Source of the DNA: Carpediemonas membranifera BICM
Taxonomy: Eukaryota; Protista; Fornicata
Direction of reading: 5' to 3'
Length of the DNA: 64,000 bases
NCBI GenBank assembly: GCA_019828565.1
Contig: JAHDYR010000069.1
Span: forward strand, 438,699 to 502,698
Position numbers and translations under genes: made by a program. Of this stretch, positions 31,919-42,980 are shown in pieces; the first letter of the stretch is position 1; each line of letters starts with the position of its first letter. The notes below the pieces were generated by a model that searched no databases, was not told the DNA's origin, and saw only the letters and a program-made list of their open reading frames with translations.

Positions 31919-33138
31919 CATGTGTACTATGGCGAAAGCAATAAAAAATGCAAGGTGAAAACGAAAACCCAAGCCGGCAGCGTATAGACATCCGAAGCAG
32001 CACCGCTTCCCGAAGGATGGGCCCCGTGCGACGAGTATTCACCCGAGAGGCTTGAAATATTACTTGCCAGTGTCACGGGCTCCAGGATTTATGAATTTAC
32101 TCGATTGTATGTAAACATGTACATACCATTATTCAGCCATTGCTTTTTATTTATTTCTATGATACATTAGGTCACGTATATAGGTAGTAGCCATCACTAT
32201 GGCTCTGTAAAGGCATTCCCGCCTCACCAGGTGCTTTACCTTACCTTGCCCCTGAGTCCCGTTTCGAGCCTGTCTCGAACCATTCCCTGATGTTTCTCTG
32301 TCCCTGTCCTTGCCTTCAGGCAGGGATACTCAGGAGGGGGCGCATTGGTGTGACCCCCCTTTGGTTGCCGCCACAGCCCACTGGCAGTCGTGCATTTCAG
32401 CTAATGCCAGACCCTGGGTGGGAGCCAGGGGTTTTTGTAAAGAAAAAAAACTGAGTCTTATCCCTGAAATACAGCTCTTCCCTTGCTTTACTCTCTGCCT
32501 TTGCATATACTCTGGGCCTTAGAGGGTCCCTGTTCAACGGTGGCTGTGTTGCCAGGTGCCGGGGCCGTGTGGCAACGCCAATGAGAGGGAAAAGTGGCTT
32601 TATTGATACGGCCAGGATCATGACCAATCAGGACTAAGAAATATCGTCACATCATTTGATATGACAGGCCGCACCCACTGGCTGGGGCGCCTCGGCGGCG
32701 ACAGGGAGGTGCCATCTCATCCGCAGACTGGAGCCGAATGATGGTCATCTCGATCGTGGCAAACGTAAGCCCATCGCCGGCCTCTGCTGAGAAGGGTTAA
32801 GAAGCCAAGCAGAGCGATAGCCAACCTAGCCCAGAATGACGAGCTCAAGTATGACGTACGGAGACGGTGCCCACTGTGCTCGAGGCAATCGGAGATCAGA
32901 CTGGCGTGGAAGATACTCAGGGAGAAGCCCGCACCAGCAAGAGAGCAGAGTTTAATTTGAGACTGGGTAGCTGCACAGAAACTAGGAACAGCGTCACATA
33001 TCGTCTGCGAATGCCCTGCAGTGGATAGAGGAGAAGAATGGGCGAAGCTATGGCATCAAGCTAGAGACAGCACCAGGCACCAAAGATTCCGGAAGGGCGA
33101 AGACGGGGAATGGTTTAATGAGAGGCCCTTACTAGAAC

Positions 33139-33228
33139 TGTGGCCAAATAAAGAGAACTAATGACGAAGTGAGGTTTATTCGAAACCCGATCAAGGGCAA
33201 AAATGGTTATAACTAAAATTGCCCAACA
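33139..33228 (-). repeat. 3' LTR of element A (90 bp)
   Basis: Identical to 37073-37162. Confidence 0.95.
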
Positions 33229-33238
33229 CTTCTCTCTC

Positions 33239-36200
33239 TTAGAAGAGTGGGTGACACTCGAGATAATAGTCGAGAGCCTCGAGGTCCCTGACCTCGAGGT
33301 AGGGAAGCCATTGGTCGTCCTCGGCACCATAGCCATCCCAGCGGATGAGAAACTCGAAGGAGGTCTTGTTGGGGCCGCCACGGTGGGCCAGGATCTCTTG
33401 TACAAGGTAGGAGTCCTCGTCCATGGCGACGAGCTCGATGTCAGTGAGGAGGCCATTGGAGACGAAGCGGCGGAGGCGTGTGGCGTGATAGGTCTGGGTG
33501 CGACGAGTCGCAGGATTGATAACCTCGTAAATGTCGTTCGAGCGGGAAGTTATGGTGTAGGGGCCCATGAGCTTGGGGGTCAACTTGCTGTCGGGACGCG
33601 TCGGGTAGGTTACTAAGACCTGGTCGCCGATGGCAAAGACGTCCGAGGTTGAAGGTCTGATCCTGGTTAAGGCGGGCTGCTTGAACGAGGATCTCCTGGA
33701 TTTGGACGATGTCTGGGTGCTCTCCCTCTCCCTGTGACACTACGTCGATGATGCTGCGGTCGAGGTTGACGGCGGTGCCGAAGACGAGGGCAGCGGGTGA
33801 CATGCCAATGCTAGAGTTGGTGGTAGCGTTAAGAAGGCGTTGGACCATGGGCAGGTACAGAGACCACTTGGAGGAGAGTCTGAGTTCAGAGGTCAAGGCG
33901 ACGAGATGACGGTTCACCTCGCGGTTGACCCTCTCGACTAGGCCGTTCGCGCGGTGGTGGTAGGGCAGCGTGACGGTGTGGGCCACGTGCAGGGAGGCCA
34001 AGATCTCCTTGAAGAGCTTGGCAGTGAACTGGGAGCCGCCATCAGTGCGGACGGTCTGAGGGAATCCGTAGTGGCCGGCGAACTGGATGAATGCGCGGCA
34101 GGCAGACTCGGAGGAAGTTGAAGGGACAGCGACTAGCTCTGTAAAGCGTGAGAAGTTGTCAACCGTGACGATGATAAACTTGTTACCAAAGTCATCCTCC
34201 GGGAAGGGACCCATAGTGTCGATGGAGACGGCCACGAACGGGTCAGAGGAGAACGTAGGACGCAGGGTAGAAGTCGTCTTCTTGGCTGTCTCGCGGACCT
34301 TCTGACAGATGGGGCATGAGGCAATAAAGCCCTTGATGTCATCCAGCATGTTGGTCCATTCGATGCCGCGGAGCTTGAGGCGCTCCATGGTGGTCACCGC
34401 GCCCATATGGCCGGCGACGGGACCATGCACGGACTCAATGTCCACATGATGGTCAGACAGGGAAGTGACAGCCTTGAGACAGCGAGAGAGGACATCTGCG
34501 GCCGCGTTGTCGAGGCCGGGGATGTGATGAATCACGAAGACATACTCTTGGAGACGGAGGCTCCAGCGCACGACCTTCGGGGGTCTCACTGCGCGACATG
34601 TAGATCAAGTTCTTATGATCGGTCTGGACCTCGAAGAACTGGCCTCGGATGAACGGATCGAACTTGGTGATGGCGAAGAAGATTCCATATGCTTCTTGCT
34701 CGATCGTGGCCCAAGCTGACTCAGTCATCGTGAAGCGGCGCGAGACGAAGGCGACAGGTGCCTCCCTTGCCGGAGACGGGATCTTGCTGCGCGAGGAGAG
34801 CGCCACAGCCGAGCGAAGAAGCGTCGGTCTTGATCACCAGGGGCTTCGAGTAGTCTGGGAAAGATAGGAGGGGTGCCTGGACGATAGCGCGCTTGACGGT
34901 GTCCCAAGCAGTCTGTTCGGACTCACCCCACTCGAAAACGGTCTTGGAGCCGCAGAGGTCGTACAGGGGAGCCATGATACGGGCGAAATCTGCGACATGG
35001 TCACGGTAATAGTTCGCGAGACCGCAGAAGCTTCGCAGCTCGGAGGGGTTTGACGGAACGGTCATTGAGCCGAGGGCTTCCTTGCGCCAGCTGGAGATGC
35101 TGATGCCCTGTGAGCAGACCGTGTGGCCGACGAACTCGAGCTCGGTGCGGAGGAAGACGCACTTGCTCAGCTTCAGGCGTAAGTTGTGGGCGCGGACGAG
35201 TTCGAAGACCTGATGCAGAAGGGAGTTGTGGCCCTCGATCGTAGACGCGTGTACGATGACATCATCAAGGTAGCACTCGACCCCGCGGCCCAAGAGTGGA
35301 GCTAAGATCCGCATCATGCCTCGCTGGAAGTAGGAAGGCGCGTTCTTGAGACCGAAGGGGACTCTAACGAACTCGTACAGGCCGTTGTGCGTGGCAAATG
35401 CAGTCCTAGGAACAGCTATTGCGTCGAGGGGGAACTGGTGGTAGCCACTGCGCAGGTCAAGCGTGGTGAAGTACTTGCTGCCATTCAGGCGAGACAAGAT
35501 GGACTTAATGTTCTGCAGGGGGAATCGGAAGTCGCGGCTGACTGAGTTGAGGAGGCGGTAGTCTACGACCATCCTATGTTCACCGTTCGTCTTTGGCACG
35601 ACGAAGCAAGGGGCGGAGTAAGCCGACTCCGATAGGCGGATGATGCCAGCCTCAAGGAGGGCCTCGACCTCTCGATCGATGACCTCAGTCATGGCCGGGG
35701 AGAGCCGGCGAGGGGGAACGTGGGTCGGAGTTTCGTCCGTGACGGCGATCTCCATAGGCTGAACCTTGGCAGGCTCACGAGGGATGGGACCGAAGATGTC
35801 TTCGAACTCGCGAGCGAGGGCTGCGACGTTTTCATCGAGCTCGATCTGGCCATCTTCGTCAAGGGGTGTAACCTCGCCGAGGTCCTGAGGCTCAGTCGCG
35901 GGAGGAGCCAGTAGGTTGAACGTTTGGATCACGTCGAACCCAAGGATGAGGGGCTCACCGGTGTTGAGGACGTGGGCGCTGATAGTACCTCCGACTGAGT
36001 GGGGAGACCTGTTGACCTTGATGTCAAGGAGCGTGCGATGGGCAGACGTGGCGATGCCATTGGCCGTGCTTATCTTGAGCTCATCAGGGATCATGACCAG
36101 GCCCAGAGACTTGGCCAGCACTGGGCTGATGAAGGATGAGGAGGCGCCTGTGTCGACCAGGGCGTCGACGCGGTCGGTGCTCTGGGGAGCAGGGGAGCCG

Positions 36201-37054
36201 ACGGGCGCGAAGGCTCGTACGTTGGTGCTGAGGCGCATGACTGGTCCGCTTGTTGCCATCTTCAGAGAGATGGGCGTCGTCCGGCGGCCCGTAGCGAAGA
36301 AGCCGGGCTTGGACTTGTTGGGGCAGTCAGGCCTAAGGTGGCCGGAGAGGCCGCATCCATGGCAGACAGGCTGCGGCTTGGCAGGGGTACCGGCAGGCTT
36401 ATGGTTGTCTGGTTTGTTGGATGGGAAGTGGGGAGCAGGCGCTGCGGTAGCGTGAGGACGAGTGGGGTGGAAGCTCGGAGGCGGACGTGTGGCCTGAGGG
36501 CGCGGGACCTCGGGCTGACCGAACTCGGCGATGGTGCGCTTGGCCTCAGCCAAGGTCTCGACCTCTTGGAAGGCGGCACGCTTGGCGTCGGCGAGCGTCT
36601 CAGGTTCGGAGGCCTTGACCCGGCGGCGCAGTGAATCTGGGGACAGTCCGCGGATGAAAGTGCGGCGTAGTGTCTTCTCATCGGGGAGGTAAGTGGAACA
36701 GAGGTCCTCGACGCGGTCGAACCTGTCGAGGTAGGCGAGCAGAGCGCTGTTGCTGGCCGTCGTGGAGGACATGGCGGTTGCTTCCAGCTTAGACAGAACG
36801 GCCTGAGTGCTCTTGGGAGCGAATAAAGCGGAGTAGATCGCCGACAGGACGTTTTCATCTGGAAGGTCGTCAAAGTTGTCAATGCGAAGGCGGATCAGGC
36901 GTAAAACACGGCTGGAAATGAGCATACGGACAGATAGTGCTCTGTCGTCGGGAACTTGGGCGGAATAGGCCTCGAACTTGTCGTTGAAGCTGCAGAAGGC
37001 CGTTTCGGAACGAATGTCGTTGAGAAAAGGGGCTGAAATCGTTTGATAGTCCAT
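33239..37054 (-). CDS. Gag-Pol polyprotein of element A (at least three frameshifts in the RH/IN region)
   Basis: CHGCGLSGHLRPDC knuckle, LVDTGAS protease, YLDDV RT, TDAS/TDHKNL RNase H, HHCC+DDE integrase, YLVQEIL..FLIRWDGY chromodomain. Confidence 0.92.
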
Positions 37055-37072
37055 GGCGGTGAGTAAGCTTAC

Positions 37073-37162
37073 TGTGGCCAAATAAAGAGAACTAATGACG
37101 AAGTGAGGTTTATTCGAAACCCGATCAAGGGCAAAAATGGTTATAACTAAAATTGCCCAACA
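37073..37162 (-). repeat. 5' LTR of element A (90 bp)
   Basis: Identical to 33139-33228. Confidence 0.95.
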
Positions 37163-37995
37163 GAACTACAGTAATTGGTAATATGGGGAAGGGAGGACGC
37201 ATGGAAGGGAATAAGAGCAGTACAAACAGAGCAAGCAAGAGAAAGTAGAGAGAAGGGGTGAGCCCAAGAACAGACCCTAAACCCTCAGGGGGCAAGCAGA
37301 GACCCACTCAGCAGTGAAACAGAGACGCCCCACTCCTGGGATCAGTGAGGGGTGTAGCCTATGGCTATCTATATATATGATACTGACCATATTCACCATA
37401 GAAGGTTTACCTATAAATTCATTCCCGCTAAAGCCCGGCTCAGGCATCAGTAATTACTGGCCTGTGGTGGGCACAGAACAACAACAATCAATGCGAAGTG
37501 TTTAAATAGGGTCGAACCCTAGTGGTAAATATGGCCTAAATATATACGGGTCAGGTGACCACTACACTGCCCCCATGACTTCCACCATAACATTGTGGAT
37601 TGTCATCAAATTGAAAGATATCGATCAAATATAAAAGATCTTGTCGTCCCCAGACCTAATCTAAATTCCTTTTGCGATCTTCGGAAATTTGGTCCTTTTT
37701 GTCAGATTTGGCACAAAATGAGTCATTGCGTCTAAGTTGCCAGTGACGACGGATTGGTACGTAACTATGATCTTCTTCACGCTCTATACTTCATTCTTCT
37801 CCATTTCTGTCTCTTTCGCGCTTCTGTCTCGCTTCTTCAGTTTCATCGCTTCTCATTAGTTCGTTTCGGCGAGTTCACGCTCTCTCTCTCTCTCTTAGGT
37901 GATCATTTGCGTTCATTATCATTATCCTCGTGATTGCAATCACTTTTCCTCTTCTTCTCTTCTTTCTTCATCAAACAACATCAACAGCACACGTC

Positions 37996-38808
37996 TCAGG
38001 GGGATTTACCGGCGTGGCGTCCCTTCCTGAGCGATGGAAGCTTCAATCTCGGATGCTCATTAATGTATGCGTCCAGGGCAGCTAATCCATCGATTTCGCG
38101 GCTGTAATCGGTCCATGTGCCTTCGTCGTCATCGTAGCCCTCCCACAAGAGGAGGAACTGAAGGTTGCCCGCTTGTCGGCGATGGTCAGCAACCTTCCTA
38201 ACCACGTACTCTCCTTCGTTGCGGGCTGCCCAGTGTTTGAGCTCAGCGTCAGTGTAGCTGCCCTCGAACTGGTAAAGCTCAGAGGCATGTACTGTCAGGC
38301 GGTGGTCAGTGGTGAGGTCTTGAACGACGTAGGTGTTGGGGCGGTCGGGATTGGTGGAGATGACCCGGACCGGGCCCCGGGGTACGATGCCTATGGCAGT
38401 TTTGCGCTGGATCATGGCGGCGGATCCAAGGAGATGACTCGCTGGATGACTCTGCGCTGGAGTTTGGCCACCGACAGCGCGTTGTCTGCTCTGTAAACAG
38501 CGTAGGGTGGTACGGAAGTGGTCGACGGTGAGGGAAGGTTGTCTAGTCGGTTCGTGGACGTCCCTGGCGTATAGGACTTCGTACGGCGACAGGTTGGAGG
38601 CGGTTAGAGGTGCGTTGTTGATTATATTCGTGATTCGTGGTAAGGCGTCCTCCCAGTCGTCGTCATGTTCGAGAATCCAGGCGCGTAGGTGTCTCTTCAC
38701 CTCTTTGTTCGCTCTTTCAACAGCACCCTGTCCCGCAGGATGATAAGGCGTACCGATCTCGTGTCTTATACCGTGGTCTTGGCAAAATTCTCTGATCATG
38801 CTGTTTTT
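37996..38808 (-). mobile_element. Truncated Gypsy element: integrase C-terminal half plus chromodomain
   Basis: GTPYHPAGQGAVERAN and YVVRKVADHR..FLLLWEGY; coding similarity stops at about 38808. Confidence 0.88.
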
Positions 38809-38825
38809 TCTGGTACTTTAACCGG

Positions 38826-38912
38826 TGTTGTGATTTCGTAATCAGTTGATGTGTATTTAGTGTGTGTATTTAATCTAAATGAAGTACCATCCACAGCGCT
38901 TTATACGCCAAA
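38826..38912 (+). repeat. 5' LTR of element B (87 bp, TG..AA)
   Basis: Identical to 40864-40950. Confidence 0.92.
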
Positions 38913-40863
38913 TTGATCAATTTGAGCTATGCAGTCCGATTATGACGCTCGTATAGCAGCACTAGAAGAGACTATAGGTAATCTGGTCTCTCTCGTGAGT
39001 TCTCTCGCGAAGAAGCCCGATGTTCGTGCCCATGATGTCCCTGATTCGGATTCCACGCTTGATTCTTCATGCCTTGAGTCTTTCGAGACTATCTTTAAGC
39101 TCTTCCCCTGCGACTTCAAGCCGGGATCGATCGAACGCCAGATTTTCCATTGCGCTCTCCCCTCCTCGAAGGAAGGGTGGTTCCGCTTGATCCTCGACTA
39201 TGACGATTCGATCGCCGCTTCATTTCTTTCTTCTCTCGTGCCCTCTCCGGCTCGCAGTTGAGCTGGTCTATAACTGAGAAGGAGGCTGCTGCCCTCTACG
39301 AAGCCGTCTTGAAGTTCGACAGTTTCCTCAGAGGAACTTCCTTTGTTGCTGAGGTTGACCATAAGAACCTCACCTTCTTGACTGCTAGCAAGTCGGAGAA
39401 GGTCAACAGATGGAAGAACAGACTGGGAGAGTACATGTTCGAGATCGCTTACATCCCCGGAGAGACTAATGTCCTTGCTGACACTCTGTCTAGGATGTTC
39501 CAACCGAAAACTTCCTTCTGTAACGCTGTCCAGTCTCGCCTCCCCGTTCTATCTCAAGAGGAGAAGGTTGATCTATTCCGCAAGGTCCACGGCAACGCTC
39601 TTAGTGGTCACAAGGGAGTAGCCGCCACTGTTCAGACCCTCAAAGACCTAGGCCACGAGTGGGAGAACATGTCTTCGGATGCGGCTACCTTCATTTCCAG
39701 CTGTGGCATCTGTCAGAAATTCCGTCTCCAGAAGACTGTCAAGACGCAACTTGGCCACCTTGTCACCGACACCCCTTTTCACACGGTGTCTATCGATGCC
39801 ATTGGTCCCCTGCCAGTAGACGAGTCGTCTGGATCCAAATATGTGCTGACAATTATTGACAACTTCACAAGATGGGTCGAGCTGGTCCCACTGAGTGACC
39901 TTGGCGCTCTCAGCGCTGCCGAGGCCTTGGTGGAAAGAGTGTACTCACGTCACGGTTTGCCCCACTTTTTGCACTCCGACAACGGCTCCCAGTTCGTCAA
40001 CGACCACCATTGCTGCGTTGAACCGGTCTCTGCATATCGAACACACCACCATTTTCCCTTACGTCTCCCAGCAGAACGGTATAGCTGAAAGGGCCAATCG
40101 CGAGGTTAGGCGTCATCTGAAGACCCTCTTGCCTTCCCTTGGAAGACGTTGGAGCGACTGGAGTTCCTGTCTACCTCTGGTCCAGTTTGTCATGAACAAC
40201 GCCAAGCACAGGATCATTAACACCACGCCCTACGCCATGCTCTATGGCGATGTCCTTTCCCCATCCAACAGCCTGTTACCGAGGACGTTGACCCCTAACC
40301 TTGACTCTTACGAGTCCACCTCGTCTTATACCTCCGGGTTGCTGAGCAGATTGAGGGAGATCCACGACCTCGCCAGAGCCACCCAGTCCTCTGCCTTGGA
40401 CTACCCCTCAGTAGAGCCTGATGTCTTCAAGCCTGGCGACTATGTCCTGCTGGCCCCACCTAAGGGTCCGCGTAGCAAGACGCTCCCGAATTACCGAGGC
40501 CCATTCATGGTGAAAGACTCGCTTCCGAACAACCAATACGCCTTACAGGCCTTTTTCAGGGAGGGCGGAGCTGGTGTCACATGTACACCGTCTGAGGAGG
40601 TTCCATCGATCCTTCTTAACTGAGGAGGAGATATCTGAGCTCGCCAAGTTTGATGATGATGATGAATTATACGTTGTCGAATCAGTAGTGAGCCATTCGA
40701 CCGATGAGGACGGGAACATCGTTTTCAGACTACGCTGGAGCGGTTACGAGCCTGAAGAAGATACTTATCAGTGCTATGATGAGGATGTGAGAGGAAACGA
40801 ACAAGTTGAGTCGTATATCGACGCACACAAGTTGCGCGGCAAGCTCTTTGGAGAAGACGGAGG

Positions 40864-40950
40864 TGTTGTGATTTCGTAATCAGTTGATGTGTATTTAGTG
40901 TGTGTATTTAATCTAAATGAAGTACCATCCACAGCGCTTTATACGCCAAA
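40864..40950 (+). repeat. 3' LTR of element B
   Basis: Identical to 38826-38912; followed by the ACCGG duplication. Confidence 0.92.
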
Positions 40951-41945
40951 ACCGGGACTTAAAGTCCCGGAATAAGTCCCGGAATACATGAAAAAAGGAC
41001 GATTGCAAGAAAAAATGAACGCGCTCAAACAATTAAACTACAGCGTATTACGCCTTGCACTTGCACAAGGCATCGTTTAGACATCCGTACAACATGCTGA
41101 AGACCTTCACTCGCGAAGTCAGTGGCATCGCACAAACTCTCGTCGAAAAACTGTCTCATGGTTCATCTAGGGTCGGGATAGACTGCCGTGCCTCCCCCAC
41201 TGGTCCAGTATGCCGAGATAAAATTTCCTGGGTGCGTAAAGATGCGATTTTTGGGAATTGCTCCCAAAGAAGTTTGCTTTTGCTCGCCAACAAAGAAGGC
41301 CGAAAGCAAGTGAGAACATCTGTGTCACATAACAACCTTTGTTCTGCATCAAATAGCAGCAAGATTGCATACGGCATCGAGTATTCTCGAGAAAACACTC
41401 AAAACTTTGCCTGGCAAACGAAAAACGATCCTAAAAGCTAATTTACCTCCAATGTCTCCAAAAAGTGAGCCGCATGATGTGTATTTCTATGATCTTTGTC
41501 TTTCACCTTCAGTTCTTCTTCAAATCATCCATACGCGGCATATCAAGCATTCCTCGTCGTTTGGTCAATTCTGGCAAATCAACAAAAGGTATCCATCGGC
41601 TCAGAAGAGGCTGTGGTGGTAGCCTCGGTCCCGCTTACACCCCCGTGCGTGCCTTGTGATGAAGAAAACTTGTGATATGGCCGGAATGCACTTTATGACA
41701 AACGAATGAAGCGGGCCGAGTTTATCGCCGAAATCAAGCAAATGCGCGTTAAGCTGAGTCACTTGACTGAAATTGATGACTATTACGCCATTGCCGACGA
41801 CGTTACTAAGAATTACCTGACAGTTGCCTCAAATTTCTTACTGAAAGCTGTTCTTCGCTCGCAATAGACGTAATTGACTGTAGATTGGTGAAGATAGTGT
41901 AAACATAAAGAACCCTTTATATACATACTCCGATTATCCATCTAT

Positions 41946-42870
41946 CTATCTTCTCGGGCGAAGATTGTGCCCAGTCCTCCTCATCAGCTCCTCCGCTCGC
42001 TGCTCACTGTTGCACAGATTGCAGATGCAGAGAGTCTCATCCAGACCACTGTCCGCCGTCCTTACACAAATCGTCTTGGCTGTCTCGTCAACAGTGATGA
42101 GTTCCCGGATCTCCTCCGGCTCCTCACAGATACCCTTGACCCATCCACTAAACAGCGCATTCAGCGACTGTTGGCTCGCCTCCTATCCCAGTTGGGTACC
42201 TTAGTTAATAGACGATTTCTCCAGGCGGCACACCGGTCGGCATCAAATAGACACGAGCAGAATGTGACAGACTTACACTGCCTTGCAATCGGCAACACCA
42301 TACCATGCTTTCTCGATGAGCCACGGCGGGTGTAGTGAGCAAGGACACGACCGACCATTGTCTTCTGAGCCAGGAAGCCGAGAACCCAAGATCGATGCTT
42401 GTCCACTCGCAACTGGGCATTGATGAGGAAATCACGTTCGAAGTACTCCTCAAGCAAATAGAACATCGGAAGCCGCAGTTTCGAGTGAACCTTGGGCAGA
42501 ACTGACACCACTGCATTCAGATATAGCGAGCCGGTAAACTTGGGAGAGTAAGTCAGTCTGAGACCATCATTGAGCGTCGTAGCAACCGAGGAGCGACTCG
42601 ATGGAAGGTCATAGAACAACGTCAAGACATGGAACATGATGAACGTAGAAAAGGACGCCGCGTGATGGAAAGCGATTGTCTGGTGTGTCACGTGGTCAGA
42701 GGAGTAATACAACGCCTGTAACTTGGCTGTAAGGAGTATGAAGGGCTGGAGTGACTGGTCAAACTCCTCAAGGTGCTCGTTGACTAGTGTCGCGAGCTTT
42801 CGTCTGTTCCAGCTCTGCTCGTTGCAGCCAGTTGTCCGCGTGAACAGCTTTTCAATCTGCTCAAGTGTGT
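41946..42870 (-). pseudogene. 3' part of a putative RAG/Transib/CMC-like DDE transposase
   Basis: Reads in frame with 47222-48428 after removing element C (..GQNV|HTLEQ..). YLNAVVSVLPK..LLEEYFE resembles the Y-x-H..P..E-x-x-E region holding the catalytic Glu. Confidence 0.5.
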
Positions 42871-42875
42871 GCACG

Positions 42876-42969
42876 TGTCATGACGACCTCATTTAATGAT
42901 CAGTCTTATTTGGTCAATGATCTCAAACCTGCTTCTAAATTTCACTCTCTCAATTGTTTGGGTACCACA
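42876..42969 (+). repeat. 5' LTR of element C (94 bp)
   Basis: Identical to 47128-47221. Confidence 0.95.
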
Positions 42970-42980
42970 GTAATTACTGC

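Larger units (their letters stand above)
33139..37162 (-). mobile_element. Full-length Ty3/Gypsy chromodomain LTR retrotransposon A (4024 bp)
   Basis: Identical 90-bp TG..CA LTRs, 4-bp TSD GAAC (33135-38 / 37163-66), PPT aagagagagaag (33229-40), gag-PR-RT-RH-IN-chromo order. Confidence 0.95.
38826..40950 (+). mobile_element. Internally deleted Gypsy chromodomain LTR element B (2125 bp; lacks protease and RT)
   Basis: Identical 87-bp LTRs, 5-bp TSD ACCGG. The gag start (38929) is fused at about 39255 to the RNase H C-terminus (EKEA..VDHKNL), integrase and chromodomain. Purine tract 40850-40863. Confidence 0.92.

Noticed and set aside
37744-37991. 3' LTR of the truncated Gypsy element
   Set aside because: A CT-rich TG..CA block is plausible, but there is no second copy, clear PPT or TSD in the window.
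41055-41860. Short ORFs between element B and the transposase end
   Set aside because: Fragmentary, with no motif I can assign.
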